The translations under genes and the position numbers were made by a program. Positions 1 through 10,321 of a DNA stretch of 64,000 nt are shown one piece after another (position 1 is the first letter of the stretch; each line of letters starts with the position of its first letter). The notes under the pieces are model-generated. The model worked only from the letters and a program-made list of their open reading frames with translations. It ran no database searches and was not told where the DNA came from. Source of the stretch: a virus. The DNA lies in the IMG/VR virus record IMGVR_UViG_3300027509_000012; one strand, given 5' to 3'.

Positions 1-3000
1 ATCTGAGTATAGTAACGCTCCTAATTCTGTGTTTGTGTTAAACCAAAATGTATCTTCTACTGGTGTAGGAACATTTGGTTGAATATAGTCAATTACTAAT
101 TGATATAAAACATCAGTAGCTGAATTATGCCAAAAATACTCATTAGGTAGATTACTACCTATCTCAGATAATAAATCTTGATATAATTTAGGTGCATCGA
201 CAGTCTTAACAACTATTTTTTCTTTTTCTTGTAAAGCATCAATTACATTTGATAATACTGTTGCTTTCTCTGCACCATTCATTATGTAATTAGTTCGATG
301 ACTATCGTGATGTGATAGTTCATATAATTGAATTGCTTTATCTATGTTTAGATTAGGCTCTACAGGAGACACTATACCAAAATTTGGTAGTGTTGCAATC
401 CAGTTTTTAGCTCCCGAAGTTGTATCTCCATATAAAAATTCTAAATTAGAATCTTCAGCATATAATTTTTTTGTAATATCAGATAACTTAGAAGTGGTAT
501 CGAAATTCCCAAGATCTTCAGTAATTGCCTGAACTAATGATTGAGTAGATATTTTTCTTACCTTATCTAACAAAATTTCATATTGAGTTTGAGCAAAGTC
601 TATTAAATCAGGAACAATAACATTGTCTATGAATATAGATGATAAGAACGTTGAGAAGTTATTATTGTATTGTCGAATTGTTCCACCACGACCGTAATCA
701 ATATTTTCTGCCTGTAGTGCATGAAATTGTGTTTGCTTATTACCTAAAAATCCAGAAATTTTATCTTGATCTTCGATAATTGATGAAAAATGCCCAACAA
801 TTTCAGTGGTGGTAACATCTACACGATTTTCATTTTCAACATTATAATAAAAATAGTCAGGTAGAGTCCAATCACCAACCCACGAACCATCTTCTGAAAA
901 TGAATTTTCTTGTGACATTAACCATTCTGATAATGCTTGTGATTCTACTTCAGCATCAGAAAATAATGGATTATTAAATTTAATGCTTTCTTCTGTTACA
1001 GATAAGAAAGCATCTTTTTCTTCGTTGTATTCAGATAAAGATCTTCCGTACCAATCACGCTTGACTGGAATATATTCTTCGTTAGATTTTTTCCATATAC
1101 TGTTAAGAGCTGGATTTTCATACACAACAACCATATCAGACGATTGAAAGAATTTGGCTGCTGATTCCGAATATTCATAAAGTTTTCTAGCAGTAGAATC
1201 ATACCAAATCATACCATTGAAAGGTTTTGATGGTTGAGTTGAACTATACTCTGCTTTATTAATTATATTGGTTCCCTGCAAAAAGAAATCAGTCCACACA
1301 AAGTTGTCTAGTTTGTATACTGTTTTATTAGCTTCATCAACCCAATAATCAACACTATCATCAATCAAATTATAACCATATAATGAATTATCTGAGCCAA
1401 GCAAATCTTGTGTAAATGTGAAAACACCAGTAAGAGAATCATATATTACTCGCTTACCAAGTTCTGGAATAACCGAATAACTTTGATCTGTTTTAAAAGA
1501 AAATATTTCTGATGTTTTATTAAGTGGTGATCCATCTACATCAAACAAATTAAATATAGGTGCTTGGTTAACAGATGTTTTTATCTGCTCTATTTTTTTA
1601 AATTTATTCAAGCTAACTGTTTCTAATTCTAATGTTGAATTATATACCGAATCATTTAATTCTGTTCTTACATTAATCGTGTTATAACCCAAGTCACTTA
1701 ATGTGGCTGGAGCAACTTCGATTATAAGTTCATCTAGTTCCTGCACTCCACTCATTCGTATTCCGATTACATGTTTCCCTTCACCAGCCAAACTTCGAAG
1801 TTCTTCATAAGTTCCATATTGACGTTCACCGTTTAGATATACGCGAATAGAATCTGAATCGGCAACAGCTTTATTTCTTAACGTTGTATCGCTGAATATA
1901 AAAGTTGTGTTTACATTGCTTTTTGATATAAACAATTGCGCATACGTGCCTAACTTATAATCAAAATGAGTTTTCTCAGTATTTAATATGGCGTCATCAT
2001 TGATAGTGTTTTGTGTGTTAAATACTTTATTCCCAGTTGGTCTATCATAATCAACACCTTCATAAACCCAATGTTGATTGTAACCAATCCAAAAATCACC
2101 ATATGATGTACGTATTGGATTGAAAGTAGCAACATCACCTTCAGCTAAAACTTTATCTATTTCAACTATTGTTGAGTATGTTCCATCGTCTAATATTTCA
2201 TATCTTGAACTTATAACAGTATAAATGTCTGCTGTATCTGCTGTAAATTCATATCCAGTTTTAAATGTATCAGTAAGATTTCCATGTATAGCATCAAAAA
2301 CAATTTCACTATCAGAATTTATTTCAAAGCGATGTAATCCAACTAATTCAAATAATACTGGATCTTTATCAGCAGTAACAAATGGAAGTGATTTTTCTGA
2401 TCGATACTTCCATTTATGGACAACTTCAATATATTCGTTAATTTCAATACCAGATAAAAATTCAATAATTGGATAACTTGCTTGTCGAGCCGATGCAAAA
2501 TTTGATACACCATTTCTATGAACCCACTTGTTATTTGAAGTCCATTGAATTTGTGCTGGTGGTACTTCAACTTCACATGATTCAGAAAAATCAAATGTTG
2601 CATTACCTGTCACACTAGATAATACAGTACTGAAATCTGCGAACAATGGCTTCCATCCAATATTTGCGCCCTTTTGAAATATTGTATCTGAATCTTTACT
2701 ATACCAAAGATCTTCATTATCACCGTCAGTTATTTTCGGATCTTCATCATTTGTAATTTGCGTTAACAGTTCTTGATAATCACCATCCCATATACCAGAG
2801 TTGTTAGGATTATCATCATACAGGGCTACTCCGTAACCACCACCAGAGTTAACACCACATTCACAATCTGCTGTTGCTTGTGCAAGGCTTATTTGTTCTG
2901 ATAGAGAAATTATCCCACCAGTAACCTTACTAGAAAAAGAAGCATCGATAATAATATCAGTTACTGAATCGTCAGTTGTAGATGATTTAACTGTAATAAA

Positions 3001-3894
3001 TTTATTGTTTAATTGAGTGTTATCTGAATCTTTTACAAATAATACAAAACCTACTTCGAATAGACTAGTAAGATCACCAGATACTTGAATTCCAGTATGT
3101 GTTGTTTTTGCTATTGTACCAATTGATTCATTTTCAACTATTGAATCTTCGGTCACAGTGATAAGAGTATGTGGATCTGTGTATTCGATATTAACAACTT
3201 CAACTTCTTTATTTGTAAATGAAGTTCCTTGAACAGTTATAAAATCGCCGATCTGAATATCATCAGTTTTATCTTCTAAAATTCTGATGATGTCAGTTCC
3301 TTGACTAATAGATACTATTTGAAAAGTTTCAACTTCTTTACTTGATATATTACCGATTATTTCAAAATTATTACCAAACCGTTCAACCATTGCATTCAAA
3401 CCATCTACCTTTGCTTGTGCAGCGCTACAATGACTTTTGATTGTTATGTATTCAAGTTGACTGTTTGCATTAGTATCAACCCAGAAATAATCTCTATAAT
3501 TAATTATTTTGTCTATGTCAATTGGTGGAACCCAATTAAATTTTTCTGCACTACCCCAATCCGAAAACTTCTCCATGTCCACGCCTTGAAGAGTTAATTC
3601 ATTTATCACATCTTCCCACGACAAATATTTTTTCTCTGAACCTAGTTTGGCTGATAATATCGGTTGAAGTTGATTTGCTTGACGGATTATTGAGCTTTCT
3701 GGTATTTGTCTAGAATTGATTGCTTGGCGATTGTTTTGGCCCACGTAACCATCAACAAACGTAGTCTCTTTTGGAGATAACATTCGATTGATAGTATTTT
3801 CTAGAATAGACTCGTTTATTTCTGACTGATTTGGTTCAGGCAGTAATTTATCAATACGAGTTCGTACTTTATTGTAATCTGAATTATTTGACAC
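1..3894 (-). CDS. Giant baseplate wedge / virion structural protein, partial (runs off the left edge; >1298 aa)
   Basis: Missing from the ORF track because its stop lies outside the window. GTG start at 3894 (MSNNSDYNKVRTRIDKLLPE...FNWVPPIDIDKIINYRDYFW), GGGG SD, TAAATA box at 3924-3929. Directly follows gp6. Frame checked at both ends and by spot translation. Confidence 0.8.
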   Translation of the reverse strand, partial: MSNNSDYNKVRTRIDKLLPEPNQSEINESILENTINRMLSPKETTFVDGYVGQNNRQAINSRQIPESSIIRQANQLQPILSAKLGSEKKYLSWEDVINELTLQGVDMEKFSDWGSAEKFNWVPPIDIDKIINYRDYFWVDTNANSQLEYITIKSHCSAAQAKVDGLNAMVERFGNNFEIIGNISSKEVETFQIVSISQGTDIIRILEDKTDDIQIGDFITVQGTSFTNKEVEVVNIEYTDPHTLITVTEDSIVENESIGTIAKTTHTGIQVSGDLTSLFEVGFVLFVKDSDNTQLNNKFITVKSSTTDDSVTDIIIDASFSSKVTGGIISLSEQISLAQATADCECGVNSGGGYGVALYDDNPNNSGIWDGDYQELLTQITNDEDPKITDGDNEDLWYSKDSDTIFQKGANIGWKPLFADFSTVLSSVTGNATFDFSESCEVEVPPAQIQWTSNNKWVHRNGVSNFASARQASYPIIEFLSGIEINEYIEVVHKWKYRSEKSLPFVTADKDPVLFELVGLHRFEINSDSEIVFDAIHGNLTDTFKTGYEFTADTADIYTVISSRYEILDDGTYSTIVEIDKVLAEGDVATFNPIRTSYGDFWIGYNQHWVYEGVDYDRPTGNKVFNTQNTINDDAILNTEKTHFDYKLGTYAQLFISKSNVNTTFIFSDTTLRNKAVADSDSIRVYLNGERQYGTYEELRSLAGEGKHVIGIRMSGVQELDELIIEVAPATLSDLGYNTINVRTELNDSVYNSTLELETVSLNKFKKIEQIKTSVNQAPIFNLFDVDGSPLNKTSEIFSFKTDQSYSVIPELGKRVIYDSLTGVFTFTQDLLGSDNSLYGYNLIDDSVDYWVDEANKTVYKLDNFVWTDFFLQGTNIINKAEYSSTQPSKPFNGMIWYDSTARKLYEYSESAAKFFQSSDMVVVYENPALNSIWKKSNEEYIPVKRDWYGRSLSEYNEEKDAFLSVTEESIKFNNPLFSDAEVESQALSEWLMSQENSFSEDGSWVGDWTLPDYFYYNVENENRVDVTTTEIVGHFSSIIEDQDKISGFLGNKQTQFHALQAENIDYGRGGTIRQYNNNFSTFLSSIFIDNVIVPDLIDFAQTQYEILLDKVRKISTQSLVQAITEDLGNFDTTSKLSDITKKLYAEDSNLEFLYGDTTSGAKNWIATLPNFGIVSPVEPNLNIDKAIQLYELSHHDSHRTNYIMNGAEKATVLSNVIDALQEKEKIVVKTVDAPKLYQDLLSEIGSNLPNEYFWHNSATDVLYQLVIDYIQPNVPTPVEDTFWFNTNTELGALLYSD

Positions 3895-3975
3895 AGAAAC
3901 CCCAATTAACAGTTTATGAATAGTATTTATTCTAACTGTTTGTTATTAAAAAAGCCATGTTTTAAGCTTAATTAA

Positions 3976-6900
3976 TTACTGGTTTATATTGGTAGCTGTA
4001 AGAGAAGTTACAATTTCAATATCAGAGGCATTTATATCTGGAACAAAGATTTCATCTTCTCTAGCATCGATTTGATATAAATCTCCGAACTGCGTTCCTG
4101 TACTGACAGGAACCAATACAACACTATCTATACTAGCATTTAATTGTGCATGGATTGCAGCGGATAATTCACTGAAATAAAATGTCTCACCAAAATTCCA
4201 ACTCGATATATCGAAAAAGCTTTTAATTATCGATATGATTTGATTTTTAATATCATTATCAGAGAATGTATTTTGGCTAGATATGATTATTTTTATCTTT
4301 GCTCGATCTTCATTTGTTGCCTTGGTGCCGAATATAGGCCGTAGGTTGCCCGAATGCATTACTATGGTGTCAGATATCATTTTACTCTTTAAAAGCTCTC
4401 TAAACGTCTGTTTTAGCGTGTAGCTTGATGGTTTTTCTGGAACATAATCAATAACTTCGTTCAAATAAGCTGAATGATCCCTATAATATCCATCTGTAAT
4501 AACAAACATATCGATGATATTACTAGGAGCAGGATCAATTAAATGTAATCTAGGTGTTGAATGAAACCACGAGAAATTTAATGGAAATCTACCTTCATAT
4601 CTATTATAACGGCGTTGCGTTGAACCCGTAGTAGCTTCTTGGAAATATAAAAGCTTAACATTGTCAGTATCTGGTTGGACGGCAAACGGATCATTAATAG
4701 TATCTCGCTTCAAATAAACATATTTTTTAGCTTTAATTAAATATACATCATTTGGTTGAATTTTTGACGGTTGTATTTGAATCCAAGTTCGTAAAATTGT
4801 ACTAACGTCAGTATTAATCGGATCACCAATAGCAGGCGTTGTCCAACCAGAACCAAATTCTAGTTTTACTCTATTCGCACTATCTATATCAACCGACTCT
4901 AGTGCACCACCTCTAATCACATAAACAACAACATCTTCATTTTCAAATCCCTGTAAATACTCTGTCGGTAATTCGAAACTGGCTGGTACATCTGGATCAC
5001 TGGTCAATGTTCTTGAATCTATTAAATCTCCGAAAATTAACGACTGAGTTAAATCATCTGGGATATCATCACTGTTTTGATCGATAGGCAATATCGAAAG
5101 ACTATTATACGAATTAGTCCCAATTCCAAATTCTTCTTGTTTTGTTACATTAAATTTAATATCATTTTCCAATAAACCAGTTTTAGTACTATTTAAATTA
5201 GCACCAAGTACAGTTAACGTGTCTGCTTCATTTAAAAGATTGTTTATATTTAAAACAGTGTCTGGGCCGTTAGTATTCCAAAACCTTGTTGTATCACTGT
5301 ATGCAACAAATGATTCTGTTGCTTGGTTGATGGTCCAACCAGATAAAATATTTCCACTAACAAATGTTGGTTGAATTTGAAAAACCAATAAACGTTCTGT
5401 ATCTGGAGCATTAACATACCAAAGCTCATCTGCTACAGAATAGTATAAACTAACCTGTCCATCAATTGAATCAGTATCACTGTCGTTTATTAAAGATTCT
5501 AATGCTTCAATTATAACTTCTTTATTGTTGAATACTGTTTTATAATTTTTATCCTTTTTGTTTAGTTCTTCCAATTTGGAAACAACCATTACAAAGAAAT
5601 CTATTGAATTCAATAATGGTTCAATAGTATCTTCAACTAATTCTTCTGGCTCCACTGCGGTGTTTACTAAAGTAGTAGTTCCATTAATTGGTGGTTCGCT
5701 GTATTTAAAAAGAGCCAAATCATTACCAAACAATTTAGTATCTTCATAATATTCTTTTGGGTCGTGCCAAGCAATATACTTAGAATCGCCTGCAAATGTT
5801 CGATTTATTGCTTTCATTTTAACTATGCGAGGATCTTGTAACATATGAGAATTATAATCTCTTGCGTTAACCATACGATCTTGCGTGTAATATACGGAGG
5901 GTGCTACACGTCTTATATGTTCAATACTTTCAGAAACACTATTATTTTGTAATGCATTTATTAATGAAAAAGTAAATGTAAATGTCTGCGATCCACCATT
6001 ACTATCTTGATAAGAGAATGATGATTCTTGTCCTATTACAGAAGCTTTTGGAATTGTTATATCCTGATTTGCAGAACTTCTAAACCATATATCAAAAGCG
6101 CCGTTTGGTATTTGAGAAAATTCTCCATCACCAAATATAATACGAACAGCATCGTTTTCTAATGTTTCAACTTCAAATTTTCTTCGATTATCTTCAGAGT
6201 TAAATATAACGCTTTCATAATTATCGGCACCGACTTCAAACCATTCTCCAAACTTGGTTGTGTTTGATTCACGTAATAAATCACCAAATGGGTTGGTTGA
6301 TAACAATTCTCTATCATCACTGTTTACGTTGTTTACAAAAACATCAGTGTTATTAATATTTTCAACTGAAATTTCTAATGCTTGGTTTGGTGTTATACCA
6401 TCAAAGAATGCTTCACGTTTTTGTAAAATTCCTTGTTTGGTAAGAGCTAAAAATCCACTTGTGTCTGAACCATCACCCAATCCATCTGTTGCGTATAACA
6501 AAGAAAATGGAGCTGATACTTCTGGGCGGCGTTCAACAGGACCATCTTCGGTTAATCTTGATGGGACTAATTCCATAGCAAGAGAGCTATCAGAAACTCT
6601 AGCACTATAAGGGAATATAGAAGAATTACCACCAGTTAATGCAGTATTACTCAAGGTGTATAATTCAAATAATACATTATCAACTTGTGCTCTGTTGCCA
6701 GCACCCACTGTTCCGAATGGTTGGCTTAATACTTGATTCATCAATTGAATGAATTGATCACGCCACTTAACATTATTACTGTCATTCCAATTGATTGTCT
6801 TATTTGCTAAGTTTTCACCATCAATGTCAAAAACTGGTTCAGTTGTTTTGATTGCTGTGATTTTTACAAGACCACGGTGTGGAATATTTCGTGTTGGTTT

Positions 6901-7203
6901 ATATGATACTAATTTTGCAAGACGTAGAATAGACTCTTTTCTTTGAGCCGTTGACATAAAGTTCTCTTGAGCATTTATATCAATTCGATAAGATAGTAAT
7001 TCAGCCACATACGCAAATGTTTCAATTATTGCAATTAATTCTGATGATTCGATGAAATCATTAAAATCTTCAGGATGATAAATCTTCAAATAGTCAATAA
7101 GAGACTTTTTGACAGTATCATAATCAAAAGCATTAAAATTAATTTGGCTGAAACTTTGATGAACTGTCGCGTATGATTCCGCTTTGTTAATTTGTCTGCT
7201 CAT
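3976..7203 (-). CDS. gp6: Baseplate wedge subunit (T4 gp6-like)
   Basis: Motifs FDYDTVKKSLIDYLK..DF.ESSE, ENFMSTAQRKESILRLAKLVSY, IIFGDG and QDRMVNARDY; adjacent to gp25. Confidence 0.9.
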   Translation of the reverse strand: MSRQINKAESYATVHQSFSQINFNAFDYDTVKKSLIDYLKIYHPEDFNDFIESSELIAIIETFAYVAELLSYRIDINAQENFMSTAQRKESILRLAKLVSYKPTRNIPHRGLVKITAIKTTEPVFDIDGENLANKTINWNDSNNVKWRDQFIQLMNQVLSQPFGTVGAGNRAQVDNVLFELYTLSNTALTGGNSSIFPYSARVSDSSLAMELVPSRLTEDGPVERRPEVSAPFSLLYATDGLGDGSDTSGFLALTKQGILQKREAFFDGITPNQALEISVENINNTDVFVNNVNSDDRELLSTNPFGDLLRESNTTKFGEWFEVGADNYESVIFNSEDNRRKFEVETLENDAVRIIFGDGEFSQIPNGAFDIWFRSSANQDITIPKASVIGQESSFSYQDSNGGSQTFTFTFSLINALQNNSVSESIEHIRRVAPSVYYTQDRMVNARDYNSHMLQDPRIVKMKAINRTFAGDSKYIAWHDPKEYYEDTKLFGNDLALFKYSEPPINGTTTLVNTAVEPEELVEDTIEPLLNSIDFFVMVVSKLEELNKKDKNYKTVFNNKEVIIEALESLINDSDTDSIDGQVSLYYSVADELWYVNAPDTERLLVFQIQPTFVSGNILSGWTINQATESFVAYSDTTRFWNTNGPDTVLNINNLLNEADTLTVLGANLNSTKTGLLENDIKFNVTKQEEFGIGTNSYNSLSILPIDQNSDDIPDDLTQSLIFGDLIDSRTLTSDPDVPASFELPTEYLQGFENEDVVVYVIRGGALESVDIDSANRVKLEFGSGWTTPAIGDPINTDVSTILRTWIQIQPSKIQPNDVYLIKAKKYVYLKRDTINDPFAVQPDTDNVKLLYFQEATTGSTQRRYNRYEGRFPLNFSWFHSTPRLHLIDPAPSNIIDMFVITDGYYRDHSAYLNEVIDYVPEKPSSYTLKQTFRELLKSKMISDTIVMHSGNLRPIFGTKATNEDRAKIKIIISSQNTFSDNDIKNQIISIIKSFFDISSWNFGETFYFSELSAAIHAQLNASIDSVVLVPVSTGTQFGDLYQIDAREDEIFVPDINASDIEIVTSLTATNINQ

Positions 7204-7241
7204 GATTTTCTCATTTGTATGTCGCTAGTATTTATCATTTT

Positions 7242-8231
7242 TTATCTTTCTGTAATTATAGGATTAATTTTATTAATAAAATATTCCAATTTTTTATTTT
7301 CAGGCATATTTTTTGAAAATTCGAAATATGGAATTCGAAATATTTCAATTTTATTATCTACTGCTAATCGATTTTTAATTAAATCCGCTTTTTTTAATTT
7401 AATAAAATTCAAAACTCCACCAAAAAATTTAATAGGTTTATAATGCTGTCTTCCATCTAATTCAAATATTACATCAATATCTTGCAAATAAAAATCATAA
7501 CGACCTTTTTTATTTCTGGGGTTATTACTCAGATTTAATGTACTATATTCCCGAATATAATTGATATTTGGATGTAATTCATTTAAAAAATATTCAAATG
7601 AATTTTCTGTTTCCTTTCCAATTCCGCATTTCGGACATCCCTTACGATTCAAGTGATCATTAGGGCGTTGATTAAACGATCCGTGTTTTTTACAATTAAT
7701 TTTTACCTTAATATTTGATTTTATATAATCAACATCATTGTAACTATATAAGTCATTATGAATTATTTTAGCTTTTTTTATAAATTCAATAGTATTACTT
7801 GTTTGATTATTTGAAATTTTATATTTCCCACATTGAGGACAGCCTTGACCAGATATATGAGTTGACGGTAACTGCCAAAAATATTTTTTATGAAAATTAC
7901 AATAAATTTTTATTTTTGTTTTTGCGTTAATATATTTAACTAAATTATAATTATATAAATCACCATGTGTATTTTTTGCTTTAATATTGAAATCATTTCT
8001 TGCTTTTTCATTTTTAGCATTGGATCTTTGTTCAATACCACATTTTTTACATCCTCTACTATTCAAATGATCGTTTGGTGATTGACTAAATTTTCCATGT
8101 ATATGACATATTATTGATATTTTTGTATGATTATTTACATAATCAACTAATTCATAATTGAATAAATCACCATGAATCATAATTGCTTTAGTAATAAACT
8201 CTTTAGTTGATATTGCGTTAAAATGTGGCAT
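7242..8231 (-). CDS. Free-standing homing-endonuclease-like protein (three DUF723-like Cys/His repeats plus C-terminal PD-(D/E)xK/Vsr-like nuclease)
   Basis: Repeats HGDLxNY..V.Y..K..I.C..HG.F.Q.P..H...GC..C; C-terminal RYDFYL..IFELDGRQHY; very AT-rich; start overlaps the gp25 stop (TAATG). Confidence 0.8.
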   Translation of the reverse strand: MPHFNAISTKEFITKAIMIHGDLFNYELVDYVNNHTKISIICHIHGKFSQSPNDHLNSRGCKKCGIEQRSNAKNEKARNDFNIKAKNTHGDLYNYNLVKYINAKTKIKIYCNFHKKYFWQLPSTHISGQGCPQCGKYKISNNQTSNTIEFIKKAKIIHNDLYSYNDVDYIKSNIKVKINCKKHGSFNQRPNDHLNRKGCPKCGIGKETENSFEYFLNELHPNINYIREYSTLNLSNNPRNKKGRYDFYLQDIDVIFELDGRQHYKPIKFFGGVLNFIKLKKADLIKNRLAVDNKIEIFRIPYFEFSKNMPENKKLEYFINKINPIITER

Positions 8232-8596
8232 TATTGAAAATCTATATTCAGGTCTAATACGTCAGTCAAATTTAATTCTACATAAAATAAAGAAACAGAC
8301 ACTATCACTGCACTTTGATCAGCATTAATTTGCATTTGAAAATCTAACACCTCAACTCTAGGGTCATAATCAAATACATCACGCAACTCTTGCTCCAACA
8401 TATCAGTAGTAGCTTCGTCTAATGGTTCGAAAATTAATTCTTGAACCAATGTGCCAAACGTTGGCATCATCACGCGACTTCCCTTACTAGTGAAGATGTG
8501 ATTAATCAAGTCAGTTTTAACTAACTCGACATCAGATTCACTAAATTGCTTGTTCTTCTGAAATTTGAAGGAATTAAATCCATTATAAACTGACAT
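8231..8596 (-). CDS. gp25: Baseplate wedge subunit gp25-like
   Basis: DLINHIFTSKGSRVMMPTFGT..LIFEP..DPRV signature; 121 aa. Confidence 0.92.
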   Translation of the reverse strand: MSVYNGFNSFKFQKNKQFSESDVELVKTDLINHIFTSKGSRVMMPTFGTLVQELIFEPLDEATTDMLEQELRDVFDYDPRVEVLDFQMQINADQSAVIVSVSLFYVELNLTDVLDLNIDFQ

Positions 8597-8628
8597 TTTT
8601 TATTCTCATACGTTTAATAGTATTTACT

Positions 8629-10299
8629 TTATCTACGCCATTTTTCATTTCGATCAAAATCTATACTTCTTTGATCACTCTTTCTACCGACATTTGGATC
8701 ATCATAACCGTATTCTGTAACAGTTGCGATGTTATCAACATTTAATTTATCAAACAATTCAAGTGATGATTCACCAGCTTGTTCCTTATCAGTTTCATCT
8801 TTATTAAGATATGATCGTGGAAATGGTTCGTGTGTCGGCGATCTTGACACTAGATATGCTGGTAATTCTTTAGCTTCATCATCGGCAGCAGTGTCTGGTG
8901 CACCAATAACTGTTGGTGTTGATGTTGCTCCAGATGGAAATGATGGAAATGTAGTACCAATTGTACTTGGTGGTGGCTCTGGAATTTTTGGAGCAATATA
9001 AAAATGCTCATGAGCGTTTAATGATCTAAGCGGTGATATGCAATCACTACCAAATACATTTCCATTGGCTATAACATTAGTACCAGCTCCTAATTCCCCA
9101 ACAACATTAATTCCTGTACCATTAAAATTATATCCATTCGTCTTAATCATTAAATCAGTTGCTTTTAAATTTATATTGCCATCAGTTTCTATTGCCACTG
9201 AATCTGATTTGATCGATACCTTACCACCAACTTTAAATGCTAAATCACCGTCTACTTCTGAAACAGTGTTTGGGCTATGCATTTTTAAATCACCATCTGA
9301 TCTTACATGAGTTGATTCTTTTGAGTGCATTCTAATATCTTTACCAGATGCTAAGTGAATTCCTTTGGCCCCTGCTATTCGAACAGATTTACCAGCAGAG
9401 AGATTTAAATCACCATCTGAATGAATGGATGTATCTTCTGATGAATATATATCAATTGTTCCCTTGCCATCAATTTCAATCCATGTATTTCCTAATGCAG
9501 TACCAATGTATATTCGTTCATTAGTATCATCCAAAATAACTTGGTGTCCAGTTGCAGTTCTAAATCGAATACGAGAATTCTGTGGATCATCGTCCATTAC
9601 TGAAGAATGTCTACCCGGGGTGGTTGTTGAATATATAGAACTTCTATTATTAGAATATCCTTGTGTAAATTTTGTTGATTTACCATCAGATCGATCAATG
9701 TTAAAATCTATATCGTCTGGTTCTTCACTATATGTTACAGCCGTACCAATACTTTCTGCTGAGATTGCCGAAACTTGACGATCAATTATTCTAGTTCCGT
9801 ATTCGTAACTATCAACATTATTGTTAAATGCTTCTCTCGCATTAGATGCAAGTGGCTCCACTTCTTTTTCGGTAGATGATAAAGGTACTTTACTATCAGC
9901 TTTAAATCTTCCATGTGGCATGGTATGCGTGAAATAATCACCCTGTAAACAACCAATCCATACGCGACGGTTTGGAAGACCATCAACTAATGTTACTAAT
10001 GCAGTAGCACCAACATCAGGTATAGCCCATGTGCCATATGACATAACACCACCAGTTGTATCTTCATCAGGACCAGTAGTTGGGTTTACAGATACGCCAG
10101 CGAATGGTGCACAATAAGATGCCCACGGAATATGCTCAATTTCTGATGCAACGTCGCCATAAGTAGGACAAAATACTTTAATTCTTCCACGCTGAAGTGG
10201 ATCGTTAACATCAACAACTTTACCAGATGTTATTCCTAATTCATAAGCACGTTCATCGGATGACTCGGCCATTTCATCCATTATTCCTGTTCTATTCAT
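8629..10299 (-). CDS. gp5: Baseplate central spike (gp5/VgrG/gpV-like, no lysozyme domain seen)
   Basis: OB-fold GKVVDVNDPLQRGRIKV, RTATGHQVILDD, beta-helix repeats, and an HxH (AHEH) tip motif. Confidence 0.85.
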   Translation of the reverse strand: MNRTGIMDEMAESSDERAYELGITSGKVVDVNDPLQRGRIKVFCPTYGDVASEIEHIPWASYCAPFAGVSVNPTTGPDEDTTGGVMSYGTWAIPDVGATALVTLVDGLPNRRVWIGCLQGDYFTHTMPHGRFKADSKVPLSSTEKEVEPLASNAREAFNNNVDSYEYGTRIIDRQVSAISAESIGTAVTYSEEPDDIDFNIDRSDGKSTKFTQGYSNNRSSIYSTTTPGRHSSVMDDDPQNSRIRFRTATGHQVILDDTNERIYIGTALGNTWIEIDGKGTIDIYSSEDTSIHSDGDLNLSAGKSVRIAGAKGIHLASGKDIRMHSKESTHVRSDGDLKMHSPNTVSEVDGDLAFKVGGKVSIKSDSVAIETDGNINLKATDLMIKTNGYNFNGTGINVVGELGAGTNVIANGNVFGSDCISPLRSLNAHEHFYIAPKIPEPPPSTIGTTFPSFPSGATSTPTVIGAPDTAADDEAKELPAYLVSRSPTHEPFPRSYLNKDETDKEQAGESSLELFDKLNVDNIATVTEYGYDDPNVGRKSDQRSIDFDRNEKWRR

Positions 10300-10321
10300 T
10301 ATAATTCACCGTACCCATTAA

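Noticed and set aside
344-3597. Short ORFs listed in the first 3.6 kb
   Set aside because: They are shadows or out-of-frame ORFs within the large minus-strand gene at 1-3894.
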